A stretch of DNA of 64,000 nucleotides from Camelus ferus. Its lineage: Eukaryota. The stretch lies in contig NC_045696.1 in the NCBI RefSeq assembly GCF_009834535.1, positions 80,664,001 through 80,728,000 of the forward strand, written 5' to 3'. Below, piece by piece: positions 51,650-64,000 of this stretch (within the stretch, counting starts at the first letter, position 1; each line of letters starts with the position of its first letter). A program made the translations under genes and the position numbers. Under the pieces are notes generated by a model, which saw only the letters and a program-made list of their open reading frames with translations, was not told where the DNA came from and made no database searches.

Positions 51650-51781
51650 TGTTTGTTTTTTGCGGGGAAGTAATTAGGCTTGTTTGTTTGTTTGTTTATT
51701 TTTAATGGAGGTACTGGGGATTGAACTCAGGACCTCGTCCATGCTCAGCAAGCACTCTACCACTGAGCTATACCATCCCCC
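51650..51781 (-). mobile_element. tRNA-derived SINE (vic-1-like)
   Basis: aatggaggtactggggattgaactcaggacctcg...ctctaccactgagctatacc. Confidence 0.92.
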
Positions 51782-51799
51782 TAAGCAGTGACTTTTTAA

Positions 51800-52085
51800 T
51801 TAGTTTGACTGTGACATACAGTGAGAAATACATTGTCCAAAGTACCCATGGTGTACTTTGTACATAATGGTTTATATGTAATAATATATATACACATACA
51901 TATGTAATGGTTTATATATGAGTGTATATATATATAAATTAAATTAAAAAATTTCACAAATCATGCTTATTTTTACTGTGTATAAATTTTTTCTCTTTTT
52001 CACTTTTTAAAAAATGCTGGATGCAATCCACCAAATTGATTTCACGACCATTCATGGACTGCAACTCAGTGTTTAAAGATACTGC
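51800..52085. mobile_element. hAT-Charlie-like DNA transposon remnant with internal TA-rich tract
   Basis: End motif gatttcacgaccattcatggactgcaactcagtgtttaaagatactg. Confidence 0.45.
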
Positions 52086-55000
52086 TTCAGAAGTATCTGC
52101 ATTTTACAGCTTTGACCAGTTGCTTGCTGCCAGTTAGCTGAAAAATGATCAAGCTAGTGTCCTCTTTCACAGATAGGGGCTAGAGTTAGGGCCAACAGAC
52201 CATGACAGCTGCCTTAGCAGCACTAGAGGCCTGGTTTGGCCATGATAAACAAAATAAAAACACTTCTTTCCATTTAGTGGAACTCAATGAATTCTACAAA
52301 GCAGTTAGCCAAGCAGTTGCTGTTAAGCCATTCATTAATAAACTGTCTTACTTTATCCCAGACTTATAAACCACTATGCTACTGTGTTGTTCAAGTCAGC
52401 TGCAAAGAAAGCATCATCAAGGTATCCTGACATCCATTCTTATTAATAAGGCGGAGCTGGAACTTTAGTGTCGTTTTCCTCTAGCAATATGTAAAAATCC
52501 AACATAAAAAGGATCTGGCACTCTTCAAACTTTGAATCTTTTAGCTTATAATTTGAAATCCCATTGAGGAAAAACAGAAAAGCACTTTTCAAGTTTTATA
52601 AGTTTCAGATTCTACATCATCATGACAGGTTTTTGTGTGTAAGATATTTTTTATCTACTTCTAAAATATCTCTGTATTAAAAAAATTTTCCCAAGATTTT
52701 TGTCATTGGTGTTCTTAACTATTTGGCCTCCATGTGGTTTTCTTAAACAAACAAGAAGAAAAAAGAAGTGTTGCTTTTTAAAATTTGAAATGTGTTTCTT
52801 TTCTGGCAGTTTCTTTAAAATCCATTCTGAGATACAGAATCTATCACCATATACCAATTCTGAGCAGTGGAATTTAGGAAGCAGACATTGCAGACTGTTT
52901 CAGAGCACTGGAATAACTTTACATAAATGCAACAAAGAGCTCAGAGGGGACAGTTAGGTTCTTGAATAACCAGGCTGCTGTTTTGGAGGTGGCATGTGGT
53001 TTCTGCATTATGGGATGGAAACCGGATTTTGTGATCCTTTTTAATCAAGCTATTTTTTGCCCTCAGGGAAGAAATGAATGAAGGAAATAACCCCAGCACA
53101 GGTGCTTGAGCAAGGGCAGTTAAATGTTCTGCTTTGGAGTATAAATTGGGTGTATCAGTAAGATTCTATCTGTGTCTTTTGAGTTGTTTTTTTTTTTTTT
53201 TTAACCAATATCTGAATGTAGACTCTTCTCTGTCTGAAAAATAAGTATTTATTCATAAATTGTTATTTTCTTATTTTTGCAGTGACTACAGATATGGAAT
53301 CAAGATTGGACCATGTCAAGAAGGCTAAGCTGACCTAATCTATGCTGGAGAAAACAAAACCAAAAACATGAAAAGGAACTGAAATGGACTTGGTCCAGCC
53401 CACATGTTGGACTTGGAGAAATATCCTGATAACTCTTGTGACTGATTTACTGGCCAGGGAGCCAGTTCATACCCAGGAACAGGACACACATTCTCCTGAA
53501 GAGAATGATACAACCACTGCCATTCATCCTGGACTGAGGTCAGTCCTGAGCAGGATGTGGGGCCGGCCTTGTAGGGAAGGACTCCCTTTTATGGGGCTGA
53601 GGGACAGTTGAGCTTGGATTTCCAGGAGGCAGGGGCTCAGATATTCCACACCACAGGGGAACCACTGGGAGTTAGAGATGCTGAGGTAGGATTTAGGTCT
53701 CTGAATGTGAACACTGCAGCGCTAGTGGTTGTTGTAAATAATGTATTTGTTATGTATGTTGCATTTCTACGAGCCCCATGCCTTCCCCAGGGTCTCTCTG
53801 AAAGTTACAGCCTGGTCTCATTTGTGCTGTAGGACACTGAAGAGCCAGGAAGAGATGAGGGCTCAGCAGTATTACAGAGAGAGATGGAGGGGGAGGTGAT
53901 ACAGAGAGGGGCTGGTAGTAAGGGGATCACAGTGTGTGTGGGCTTCTTCCTCAGGTCATCAGCCACAGAGGCAGCAGCATGATGGCAAGAAGCACCAGTT
54001 AGACTTGGTCAGCAAAATACATGGGGTATTTTCTGGGAAACCTTCAGAATAATGCAGAGACCTTATGAGAGGAACTAGTTCCTGATCATTTTAGAATAAA
54101 AAGATGAAGTCAGGTACATACAGATGAAACAAGCATAAATGCATCCCTTTTGTAATGCCACAAAATGTTTCCAGAGGCAATTATTTTAATCATAATGGAA
54201 TAAGACTGATTGTCTGTCTTTCATAGCACAGATCCAAAAATTCATTAACTATAATTAACTCACAGAGAAAGAAACAAACTCACCATCCATTTGTATTTAT
54301 TTGGTTTGGCGCAGTAAGTTATTCCCATGTTACAGTCCCTATTTCTGGTGGTCTCCAGTGCGACTATTCCATAGCTTCTTAAAGACAGTATACAGCGAGG
54401 TAACTGGATAGAACCTAAGGGTGACCTGCTGAAGATTTTTTAAGGTAGAACAAAGGTTTCCACCATCTGCTTTCTCCTCTGTAAACCTGTTCCTAGAAAG
54501 TCTGGGAAACTCCAAGCTGCCTTGGTTTCCTGCACACACTGAGCTCTAGGTTAACAAGTTAGTCTGTAGCTGGGCCAGTCAATGGAGACAAACAATAGCA
54601 ACATGAAAAAAAGTTATGGAGATCTGCAACTTATTTTCAAACAATTTGGCCACAAACATTAAAATAAGCTAAGTAAGTATTTATCGTATATACGGGTGTG
54701 TGTGTGCGCACAGAGAGAGAGAGTATGGCAGCATGTTAAGGATTGGTAAATCTAGGTTTAAAATTGTTATTTTAGTCTTTCAAGTTTTCAGTAGGTTTGA
54801 AAAATTTCAAAATGAAAAGTGGTGGGAGGATGGGGGAGAAACAGCAATGGAGAACTTTTTAGTCCTTAAAGAGATGATAATCAGAGCACAGAAGATAAAA
54901 TTAAGATCATTGTATTTATATTATGCAGTATTATATGTTATACAGTGGTTAACTTAGGGCTTTGAATTTAAGAGGGATTCACTTAATTTTTTAATAGCAC

Positions 55001-58000
55001 AGATTAAAATACGTTTCACCCTATTGTAAGAACCTACCAAGTGAGTCTCTGAAGGGAACAGCCCTCCCTTGGCATTCCTGGGGCAGCATGATGCCAGTAT
55101 CCACATCTCACCTTTGAATGGTGGCTTAGGGATAGGAAGATGTACTGTCCTCTACGTCCTCTCTGCACAGTGTGCTCTGTGGACCTGCAGCATCAGCATC
55201 TCCTGAGAGCTTATTAGAGATGTGGAATATTGCTCTAGCCCAAGACCTGCTGAATCTGATTCATAGGCACCTTAATTTCATCCTGGGTAGGATAAAAATG
55301 GGCTAAAGCCATTTACCTGCATGAAATGTCTCCATGATTGCTTATAAGTAAAGGTAAGATATCTAACCAAAGATGTTTCTTAGGACTTAGTGTATTCTTT
55401 GCCAACACTTAAGAGAGAAATGTTTTTCTAATCAAATAAAAGTTGCTTATTTCCTCAAAACCTTTTTAAAAATTGTGGGTGGTAGTGATTTTCCACATGT
55501 GAGCTAAATATCTCCCACAATTATTCTGATCATGGTGAGAGAAAATTTTTAGATTGTAGGTCTTACAAACTAAAAATACAAAATTATACCAATTAGAATG
55601 TTTTAATTAGTTTAAAAAATACAAAAATATGATACAGATTGTGAAAGTTTGTTGAAAGGTCTTCTTGACATTTGTAATTCTCTACTCAGTAACCCTTAAA
55701 CTGGAGATAATTTAAAAGTAGTTCACTAATGGTTCAAGAGTTTAGAAGTGTTTTTTTCCCTCCTTTAATTAATCTGCAGTCTGTGCCACCAGGGCTAAGA
55801 AAAGTGAGAGGAAAGAAGGGTCGTCTATCTTCTTCCGTCTATAGACGGGGTTGAAACTCGAGACCGCAGTGGTGACTGCTTTAAGAAAGAGATCAATGCC
55901 AAGCAACAGAGATGCAGATGTATTTGTAACTTGGAGACTTCAGTGAAGTCCCTGTTAGGATGAAAACTGTGGGCTTTCTTCTGGATAAATATGTCCAGTG
56001 TAATTATTAAGCTTTAAAAATGCCAAAGGAAGAAGGGAGGGGAAAAAACCCTTCACATTTGGAGTCCTGCATCTGGAAGCTTTTTTCTCCCCTTAGGAAA
56101 TATTTGTGGCTCTTTGTTCCTGTCAAGGAGGAAAACGTGCTTGTAAATTTCACCCAAGAGAAAGCATATCTTTGCATCTACTGCATCAGAAAGGAATAGA
56201 TACAACCCCACAAACATATGTCAAAATCTCAGAACTTTGACCAAAAGCTAGCTGGGGGAGTTAGGGGTAGGGTGGAGGGGTAAGAGTCAGGGGTGGAATT
56301 ATGCAAGAAAAGCAACCCAGCCTGGCAGAAAATTTCAGTGAGGAAGTTTTCTGCGCCAACCTTGGCCTCAAAGAAAAATACTCCACCCTCTTAAAGCTGC
56401 TAAGATGGCAAGGGAGGCAGTGCCTTCATGGGCCATGCAAACCTCCCTAGACAAATGGATCCCTCCAAGGCCAGCCAAAGCAAACTTCCCGCTACACACT
56501 AGACGTACATTTCTATGCACAGAGGCCAGTTCTGAGTGTCAGGGAGTTGGCCTGCGGTGTGACAGGAGGTAGGGAAATCATCCCAAAATTTCTCAGACTG
56601 CCTGTCTGGGTGCCTAAGATTCAACCATTCTTGGTTCTTTCCTTTATAGTCAGGATTATACTCACCTTGAAGTTTCCTTAAAATGTTAACTGACCTGGGG
56701 GGGTAGGGTGGGGAGGCTGGATATTGTGGTGTTCCATTCAAGGATTTTTTTGTGTTAAAACCTGAGGTCTTGCTCCAACATTCAGGGATGCCTAAGGCAG
56801 TGATTCAGTGACAAAGACAGACATTCAAGCACGTGCCCTCCTTCTTGCTGCTACCCGCTCCTCCTTATTCCTGCTTCTTCAAGGGGGGTGTGAAACATTT
56901 TCCCCACACAGAGTAAATGACTCTTCACGTGGGGCAGAAGGGAAGGATGGAGATCAGACAGCTTTTCCTCTGCATTGTCTGCTTTCTGACTGTGAGAATG
57001 GTCTCACCTGGAATCCCTTAGAGCCACACCACCATCACTGGAATTCAAGACTGTCAGGAGGATTTTCCCCACTTTTGGGGCAATACCACTTCTCATACGG
57101 AGGCTTCTGGATATCAGCTGTTGCCTTATCAGTCAGAGACAAGAGTTGTACCTGGAGTCTGAGAGTGTGCCAATCACTCTGCCCTCTCTTGCAACTACAC
57201 AAGTAAATCCTTCCTGAGGTGGGGCCCAGTGCTTCAACCAGAAACTTCCACGGAAGCATTTATTACATTGTCTTAAAGGAATATTCTCATAATTAATGAA
57301 ATCCATTACCTTGACTATTCAATTCCTGCCAATACATACTTTTAACTATTCCTTCAAAACAATTTGTTTTTATTACCAGGCTTCATGACCATCTCCTCAA
57401 ACTACTACCTGGGTCTCTTGCCAGGATCACACTGGCCCTTGAAAATGGAACATTTTAGTATTACCCCAGCAGTACTAACAAAAGCTCAGCAATTAGAGGT
57501 GACTGGGGAGCCTCCACGTTGTCAGTTTTGTGTAGCTGGGACTTGGGGTTGAGGCCTGCACCTGTAAGACAGGTGCACACACATGTGTACACACCCCACA
57601 GAATGTCAGGCTAGAAGTCTGAGTGGCGCTGGTTCATGCTACCAGACCCCGGGCTTCTGCAGTGTGCCAGCCCAAACTACCTCTCACGTCAAGCCAGAGA
57701 TGGCAGTGGAACACTGGGAAGAGCATCTAGGACTCTTCAGAATGTCTCAGTCTTGGTAGATAGTGTCTTTGACCCCTTTTGCCTCCTTTTGTCTTCCCTC
57801 CCAGCACCTTTTCCTCTCTCCTGAGGTCCCTCCCCCGGGCCTGCTACCCCCATGTGTCCCATAATCTTTAGAGACCACTCTCCTCATCTCAACCTCCTGC
57901 CCTCTTCCCCTTTCTCTACCTTTGCTCCCATCCAAACTTCTGCTCTAGCTCTTCCTTGCAATATTAAAAAAAAAAAAAAAACTAGTATTTTTGGCTTGTG

Positions 58001-59659
58001 CAGTTTACAAAATATAATTATGTTGAACCCAAACAACCCTGTCGAGATGGTATAATTATCCCTATTTTAGCTTAAAAACAAATATAAGGCTCAGATGTTC
58101 AGTCTTGCTCAGGTTACAGTGTAACTGATGGACTCTTGGCTTCCTGTTCTGCCTGTTGGGGTCCCACCATCAACCCGGCAGGCTCTGTAACTACCTGGGC
58201 CGTGGTATCCTCTCTACGTCAGTCTACCCAGCTTCCCAGCATGTACCAAAGTCTCCAACAGGCAGAGAAAGCTGCTTTCTTGGGGCCTATTTTCTGAATG
58301 AGAAAGAGCAATGCTTAGGCAAGTTTGCAAATGAGATTTTATGGATACACATACATATATATCCATAAAATACGTACATATATATTACCTCACTTTTCTT
58401 TCTCACTGCAAGACAGCCTTACTCTTACCAGAGATAACTCAGTATCTTCTCAATAATTTTTATGTGACTGTGTTTATTAGAGAAGGTAGCATCTGGGCCA
58501 AGGCCAGTGTTTAAACTGGGTTGTGTGAACTGGTAGACCGGGCCCCCAAGTTGAGCAAGGCCCCATTTTGGGCTACTTGGTGAGCATGAGGGGAAGAGTC
58601 TCCTCAGTGCAAGTACCTGGGAGGGAGAGGAGGAAGATGAACAGGGGTATGAATCTTAAGATCTCTTTCCACCCTGAGGTCCATGGAGGAAAACGGCTCG
58701 GAGCAGACTCTGGGGGTATTGTTTTCACAAGCAACTTCTTGAGACTCAAAACACAAGCAATGCTCGCTGGGGCCCAGCTGGAAAGGTGTAAGGGAGAGGT
58801 GTGGGAAACGTATCTCCTAATTTGGATGGAGAAGAGCCAGCCTTCTTGTAGAGGAAGGCTTAAAGGGAGCCCAGCAAATTTGTGCCTTGAGGGGAGCAGC
58901 AAGAGACGAGGTGAGACACCCCAGACACCCACAAAAGTAACTTGGGGCCCCCTTTAGGAGGGGGAAAAATCAGGTCTTGCAGTTGTACTGGAGGGAGCTG
59001 GTGAAATGTGACTATCAATGGTAATGGGAACTCTATTACTAAGACTGCCAGCTCTTGGGATGGTGAGGTGCAAATATTGAAGGATCAGTGTAAATTTTAG
59101 CTAACCTTTCAGTTTTTCATAAACAATATAACATAGTCTCAATTTTTGTTTTTGAAAAAACAAGCGTTTAAATGTTAACATAATATAGCAGTTGTAGGCA
59201 AATGTTCATTGAGAATGACTGCCAGGACTGTCAGGACTGCCAGCTTTCTCAGGACCCTCTGGGCAATGATGTAAGTAGTGGATGGGGATGAGCTAGCCTC
59301 ACCAGCTCACTCTGTCCTGACCCAGGCTTTATAACCTCTGACAGAGTTCCCTGTGGAACCAAGGTACTTAGGCAGGAGGCAGGGCTTGGCTTATCCCTTA
59401 GAGAACTGAAACAGAGAAGAAAATGGAGGGAATTTTCTGCATTTTCAAATAGTGTATTTCCTCATTCTTTTTCTCATTAGAGACTATATATTCAGCCTGA
59501 AGACATGGCTGTGTCAAACATCAGAAGCATTGGAGCTCTGCCAACTGGGTTGAATTCCCCACCCATACCATGTGGGACAGTGGGCAAGTCTCTTAAATAC
59601 TGTGGAGGACTGGGCAGTAGACAAACGGCTCTAACTGTGGAGGGCAGGTCCACGTCCCA

Positions 59660-59890
59660 ATTAGGAACTCTGCATTCAGACTGCCCAAGTGTGAATCCCA
59701 GCTCTAATGCTACTTGTGTGGCCTGGGGCCAAGTATTTCACCTTTCTGAACCTCAGCTTTTTCACCTGTAAAATGAGGAGAGTATTGGTACCTCATAAGG
59801 TTGGTATGAAGATGAACTGAGAAAAAAAATACACAAGACCCATAGCTCCTGGCACATTTCATGCATTGAAAAATATCACTTATTATTATC
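59660..59890 (+). mobile_element. MIR SINE
   Basis: gtgtgaatcccagctctaatgctacttgtgtggcctggggccaagtatttcacctttctgaacctcag...ctgtaaaatg. Confidence 0.85.
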
Positions 59891-60089
59891 TGTGGATGTT
59901 TTTGATGCACCTGTGTTTATTTATACCTGAGCTATTATTTTGTTAATGGGTATTTATCTTCCTTCAGTTAGAATTTTTGTTTTTCTATTTGAGGAGCCAT
60001 TCTTATCTCTAACTGATAGAAGACAACCCCTCCTGAACTCATCTTTGGCTTAGGGTCTCTGCTTTGTGATTTTTGTGTGAGTTTACTTC

Positions 60090-61700
60090 CATTACAGTAT
60101 TTATCACAGTGTATTTTAAGTGTCTTCTTGTTTGTCTCCTTCACAAATTATACATTGCTTGAAGGCGGGGGCTTTGTTCCCAGAACCCAGCACATTGTAG
60201 GCCTTCACCAAGTACTTGTTGGATAGTGTAGGAGTGAAAAGATATCCTTATCTAAAAGGGATTTTGATTAGCAAGGAGATAGAGATCCTACCCAACCCAA
60301 TGTATCAGAATGTACGTGGCCCAGTGTAAAGCTAACCTGTAAGCCAAAGCAAAAAGACCTGGTCCTAGTTTTCTGCCTCCAGCAGGAATGGCTGACCCCA
60401 GGGCTGTCCTCCAGACCATATGGCCTTTAATCTGGAAGGTGCACCCCCAGCCTCAGCATAGTCCTCAAAGAACATGGCTGCAGCCTTTGGGATTGTTTAA
60501 TGGGAAATGGAGAACTCGACTGAGGAACTATAGCTATCTGAGGAATTGAACTTGACCCCTTCCTCTGCTATTGCTTTAGAGGAATTGAACTTGACTCCTG
60601 ACCTCTGCTCCAGATGGTCTCCCCAGACCCTTCCCTCTGCCCTGTTCCCATAATCCTGGTTTTAGTTCAGTCCTTCATCATTTCTTGCCTGAATTACTGA
60701 GTTGCCTGGCTTACTGAGCTCTCCATCCCATTCTCCAGAATGCTTCTGGTTGAGCATTCTCCAAGGGAGATCTGCCCTCATTTCCTGTCCCCCCTCCCCC
60801 CACCACAACCTGTTATTCTTCAGGGCCTATCTGCTCCCCACCTCCCTCAAGATAAAGGCTAAATGGGGTTCACTAGTTCTTTCAGAGTGGGACCCTGCTG
60901 TCTTCTCATTTGTCCTTCTCCAACTCTTCCCCCCACTCCTCACTTCCTTTTATCTTCAGACATACGGAGCTTCATGAAGTTCCAGATGAGGCCCCTATCT
61001 TAAGCTCATGTTTCCACATCCTCTAGGAAGGAATCCTTGTCTCCTCCTAGGATGGTTTACTACTCCTAGTTTATTAGATACAAGGAGGTACCCATATCTT
61101 TCCTCCACCATAGTGATAATCATATTGGATTGTAATAAGCTAATTGCTGCATTCATTCATCAAACTTCCATTCATTCATTCTCTTATGCAATGCTGTTAT
61201 AGTGTGCTTACCAGGCACTCTTCTTGATACTAGAAATACATGTACCCAAAATAAGCCAGGAAAAAACCCTGCTCTCATAGAGCTTGTATTCTAGTAGAAG
61301 GAGACAAATAATAAATATGTGAACAATTTATTTTCCAGTAACAATGTGATATAAATCTTTGAAGGAAATAAATAGAGTGAAATGTTGATTAGATAGCGTT
61401 GGGGGTATGTGAGTGGGTGGGAATCAGGGAGCGAGGTGATATTTGAGTGGAGTCCAAAAGCACTATGAGAGGAAGCTATGTACTGAGCTGGGGATGGATG
61501 ATGAGTCCCCAAGGAAAGCCTGAGCTTGGAGTGCTGAAGTAAGGAAGGGCACTCTCCTTGGATCATATCATGAGCCCCCAGGAGACTGTGAGCTCCCTGT
61601 GAGACCCTGGGCAGTATCTCATACCTTACTATAAGTACAGGGTCTAGAATGGTGCCCAGAGATAAACAGATGTTAATAGATATTTGAATGAATAAATATG
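60090..61700. mobile_element. L2 fragments in both orientations
   Basis: cttccattcattcattc...ccaggcactcttc (antisense) and gactgtgagctcc...tatttgaatgaataaat (sense end). Confidence 0.65.
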
Positions 61701-61804
61701 ATTTTAAAATTACATGTTATTTGGTATTTCACTCAAAACATTAAAAAGGTCTTATATTTTTGAGAGCTTTTATCCTAGGAACTATAGTAAAATATTCTCT
61801 CCTC

Positions 61805-62690
61805 TCAGCTTTATTGAGATAAAATTGACATTTAATATTGCATAGATTTAAGGTATACAGTGTGAATATTTGATATATTTATATGTTGTGAAGTGATTAC
61901 CACAATGAAATTAGTTAATATTTCCATCACCTCACACTCGTAGTTACCTTCGGGGGGGGGGGGACAAGAACATTTAAGATTCGTCCTCTTAGCAAATTTC
62001 AAGCATACAGTGAAGTACTGTTAACTATAGCCACCATGCTGTACATTAGATCATCAAAACTTATTCATCTTATAATTGAATGTTTGTACCCTTTAACCAA
62101 CACCTCCCCATTTCCCCAGCTGCCAGCCTCTGGCAACCATCATTCTACTGTTTCTGTGCATTTGACTTTTTTAGATTTCACATATGTGAAATCATACAGT
62201 GTTTGTCTTTCTCCATCTGACTTATTTTACTTAGCCCCAGATGCCCTCAAGTTTCATTCAGTCATTGCAAATGGCAGGATTTCCTTCCTTTTTATGACTG
62301 AATAACATTTATTGTGTATACACACACACACACACACACCACATTTTCTTTATTCATTGATCCATTGATGGACACTTAGATTATTTCCATGCCTTGGCTA
62401 TTGTAAATAATGCTGCAATGAATACAGGGGTACAGATACCTTTTTGAGATAATGATTTTTTGTCTTTTGGCTACGTGCCAAAAAGTGGGATTGCTGCATC
62501 ATACAGAAATTCTATTTTTAGTTTTCTGAGGAACTTCCCTACTGTTTTCCATAGTGACTGCACCAGTTACATTCCCACCAACAGTGCACCAGGGTTCCTG
62601 TTTTTCCACATCCACGCCAACATTTGTTATCTCTTATCTTTCTGGTAGTAACCATTCTAGTAAGTGTGAGGTGATACCGCATTGTGGTTG
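61805..62690 (-). mobile_element. L1MA9-like 3' end
   Basis: cagctttattgagataaaattgaca, ttaactatagccaccatgctgtacattagatc; ORF 62539-62964 contains L1 ORF2 remnant MRYHLT...NKCWRGCGKTGTLVHCWWEC. Confidence 0.9.
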
Positions 62691-64000
62691 TAGTAACTAT
62701 TTCTGTCACCATTCTTGTGAGTTGCTTGAGGTTTCCTTTCTGGAATCTGTTTTCCATTGGTTGCCATTTTGGAGAAAATTGCTGCCTGGTGTAGGACTGC
62801 AAGACCAGCATAGCAGGGGATAAATTCACACTGGAATTAAAATGCACTTTAGTAGCCTGGCTAGTTAGGTAGTCTTTCTTATCAATATAAATAAATGCAG
62901 TATCAAAATAGAGAAACACAAACAAAAAATTCCTGGAAAGGGCAAGGGAAGCCTTGGGCCCCAAAACACCTTAAACAAACAAACAAGGCATTATGAAGTA
63001 TGTGGATTTTAAAAAATAATTAGTTCTATTCTCTCTTAACTACATCCCTTTTCAGTTACCTTCTAATTACTCAAAATCCTCATGCTCTTTCCATATTAAT
63101 GTATTAATAGTGCATCATCACTTACTACTGTACAGCGAACCACAGGACCTGCCTATTCCCAGCCTCACAAGGTCTTGAATATTTGTGGCTTGCTGATTCC
63201 TTAAGTTCCTTCACAGCCAGTTTTCATTTTCTGAAGGAACCCTCCTTCTGAAGTAAAACTTCTCTAGAAGAAACCAGCTTCTCTCTCAGTTTTCAAGCTT
63301 GTCCCTCAATAACAGCTTTTTTTCCCTTGATTCTCAGCAAGAATTTCTCCTGAATTACCCTAATGTAAAAGAGATCTATGGGGATTTCAACCACCTCAGC
63401 TGATTCCACTTAACCTCTTGAGACTGATAATGACTGAATCAATGACTTAATAATGTGCTGCTTTGAAAAGGCCAGATTTATCTTTTTGTACTGACAACAA
63501 ATTCATTAAAATAAACTTCATTCAACACCAAGATTATTAAACTTTTTTTTTTTTTTTTTTTGCATACAGTATGTGGCCTCTTTGGAGTATATGTGCAACA
63601 GGAGTCTCAGCTTGAGTCTTAGTAGACATGTCTGGCCAACTTGTAGAAAAAACCCACCAGAAATCTACCACCAGAAACCTTAAATGTTGGCTGAGAAGCA
63701 TCCTGGGAGGGACCCAACCATACGAGAAGAAGGAGCTAGGCAATAGGATGGGAGGGATGATTTTGAGTTCAGCGAGGTGGTTATCACTTAGCTTTTAACT
63801 CCTGGCCTGGACTTATATCTGAGCCCCAAAGAAAGAAAGCAGGACTATCAGAAATAAAAACCAGGAGCTGCTCTATTTCAAAACATGATGCTGAGGCAGG
63901 AGGGGAACTGGCTGGCTGCACAATGCCAAGAGAGGAATGAGACATCCTTCCCAACACAACACTCTGAAGCTTTAAGCCTTTGACTCAAAGGGCTTTGTTG

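Noticed and set aside
53283..53340. Strong plus-strand acceptor followed by short ORF MESRLDHVKKAKLT
   Set aside because: Only 14 codons, with no nearby donor or supporting exon chain
19640..56935. Scattered CACGTG E-boxes
   Set aside because: Dispersed, some inside repeats, and not clearly above background
1..64000. Prokaryotic-type systems (CRISPR arrays, operons, defence islands)
   Set aside because: The sequence is clearly mammalian and repeat-rich, with no regularly spaced repeat-spacer arrays or dense long ORFs

Overview
This is mammalian genomic DNA: AT-rich, CpG-depleted and roughly half ancient interspersed repeats. It is most likely camelid, because five copies of a tRNA-derived SINE resembling the camelid vic-1 family are present. 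The window is dominated by old L1M and L2 LINEs, MIRs, MaLR/ERVL solo LTRs, Tigger and hAT DNA transposon remnants, and two younger L1 3' ends. I recognise no known protein-coding gene, and most entries in the ORF track are chance ORFs or L1 ORF2 remnants. The best supported unusual structure is an apparent SINE-L1 chimeric retrocopy at 40172-40705: an entire Pol III SINE transcript, including its trailer and TTTT terminator, is fused to an L1 3' end inside one target-site duplication. More speculatively, a chain of small minus-strand exons from about 38.4 kb to 6.0 kb can be spliced into an 87-101 aa basic microprotein ORF, or may belong to a lncRNA. Repeat subfamily names are from recall of consensus sequences, not a RepeatMasker run, and most repeat boundaries are approximate.
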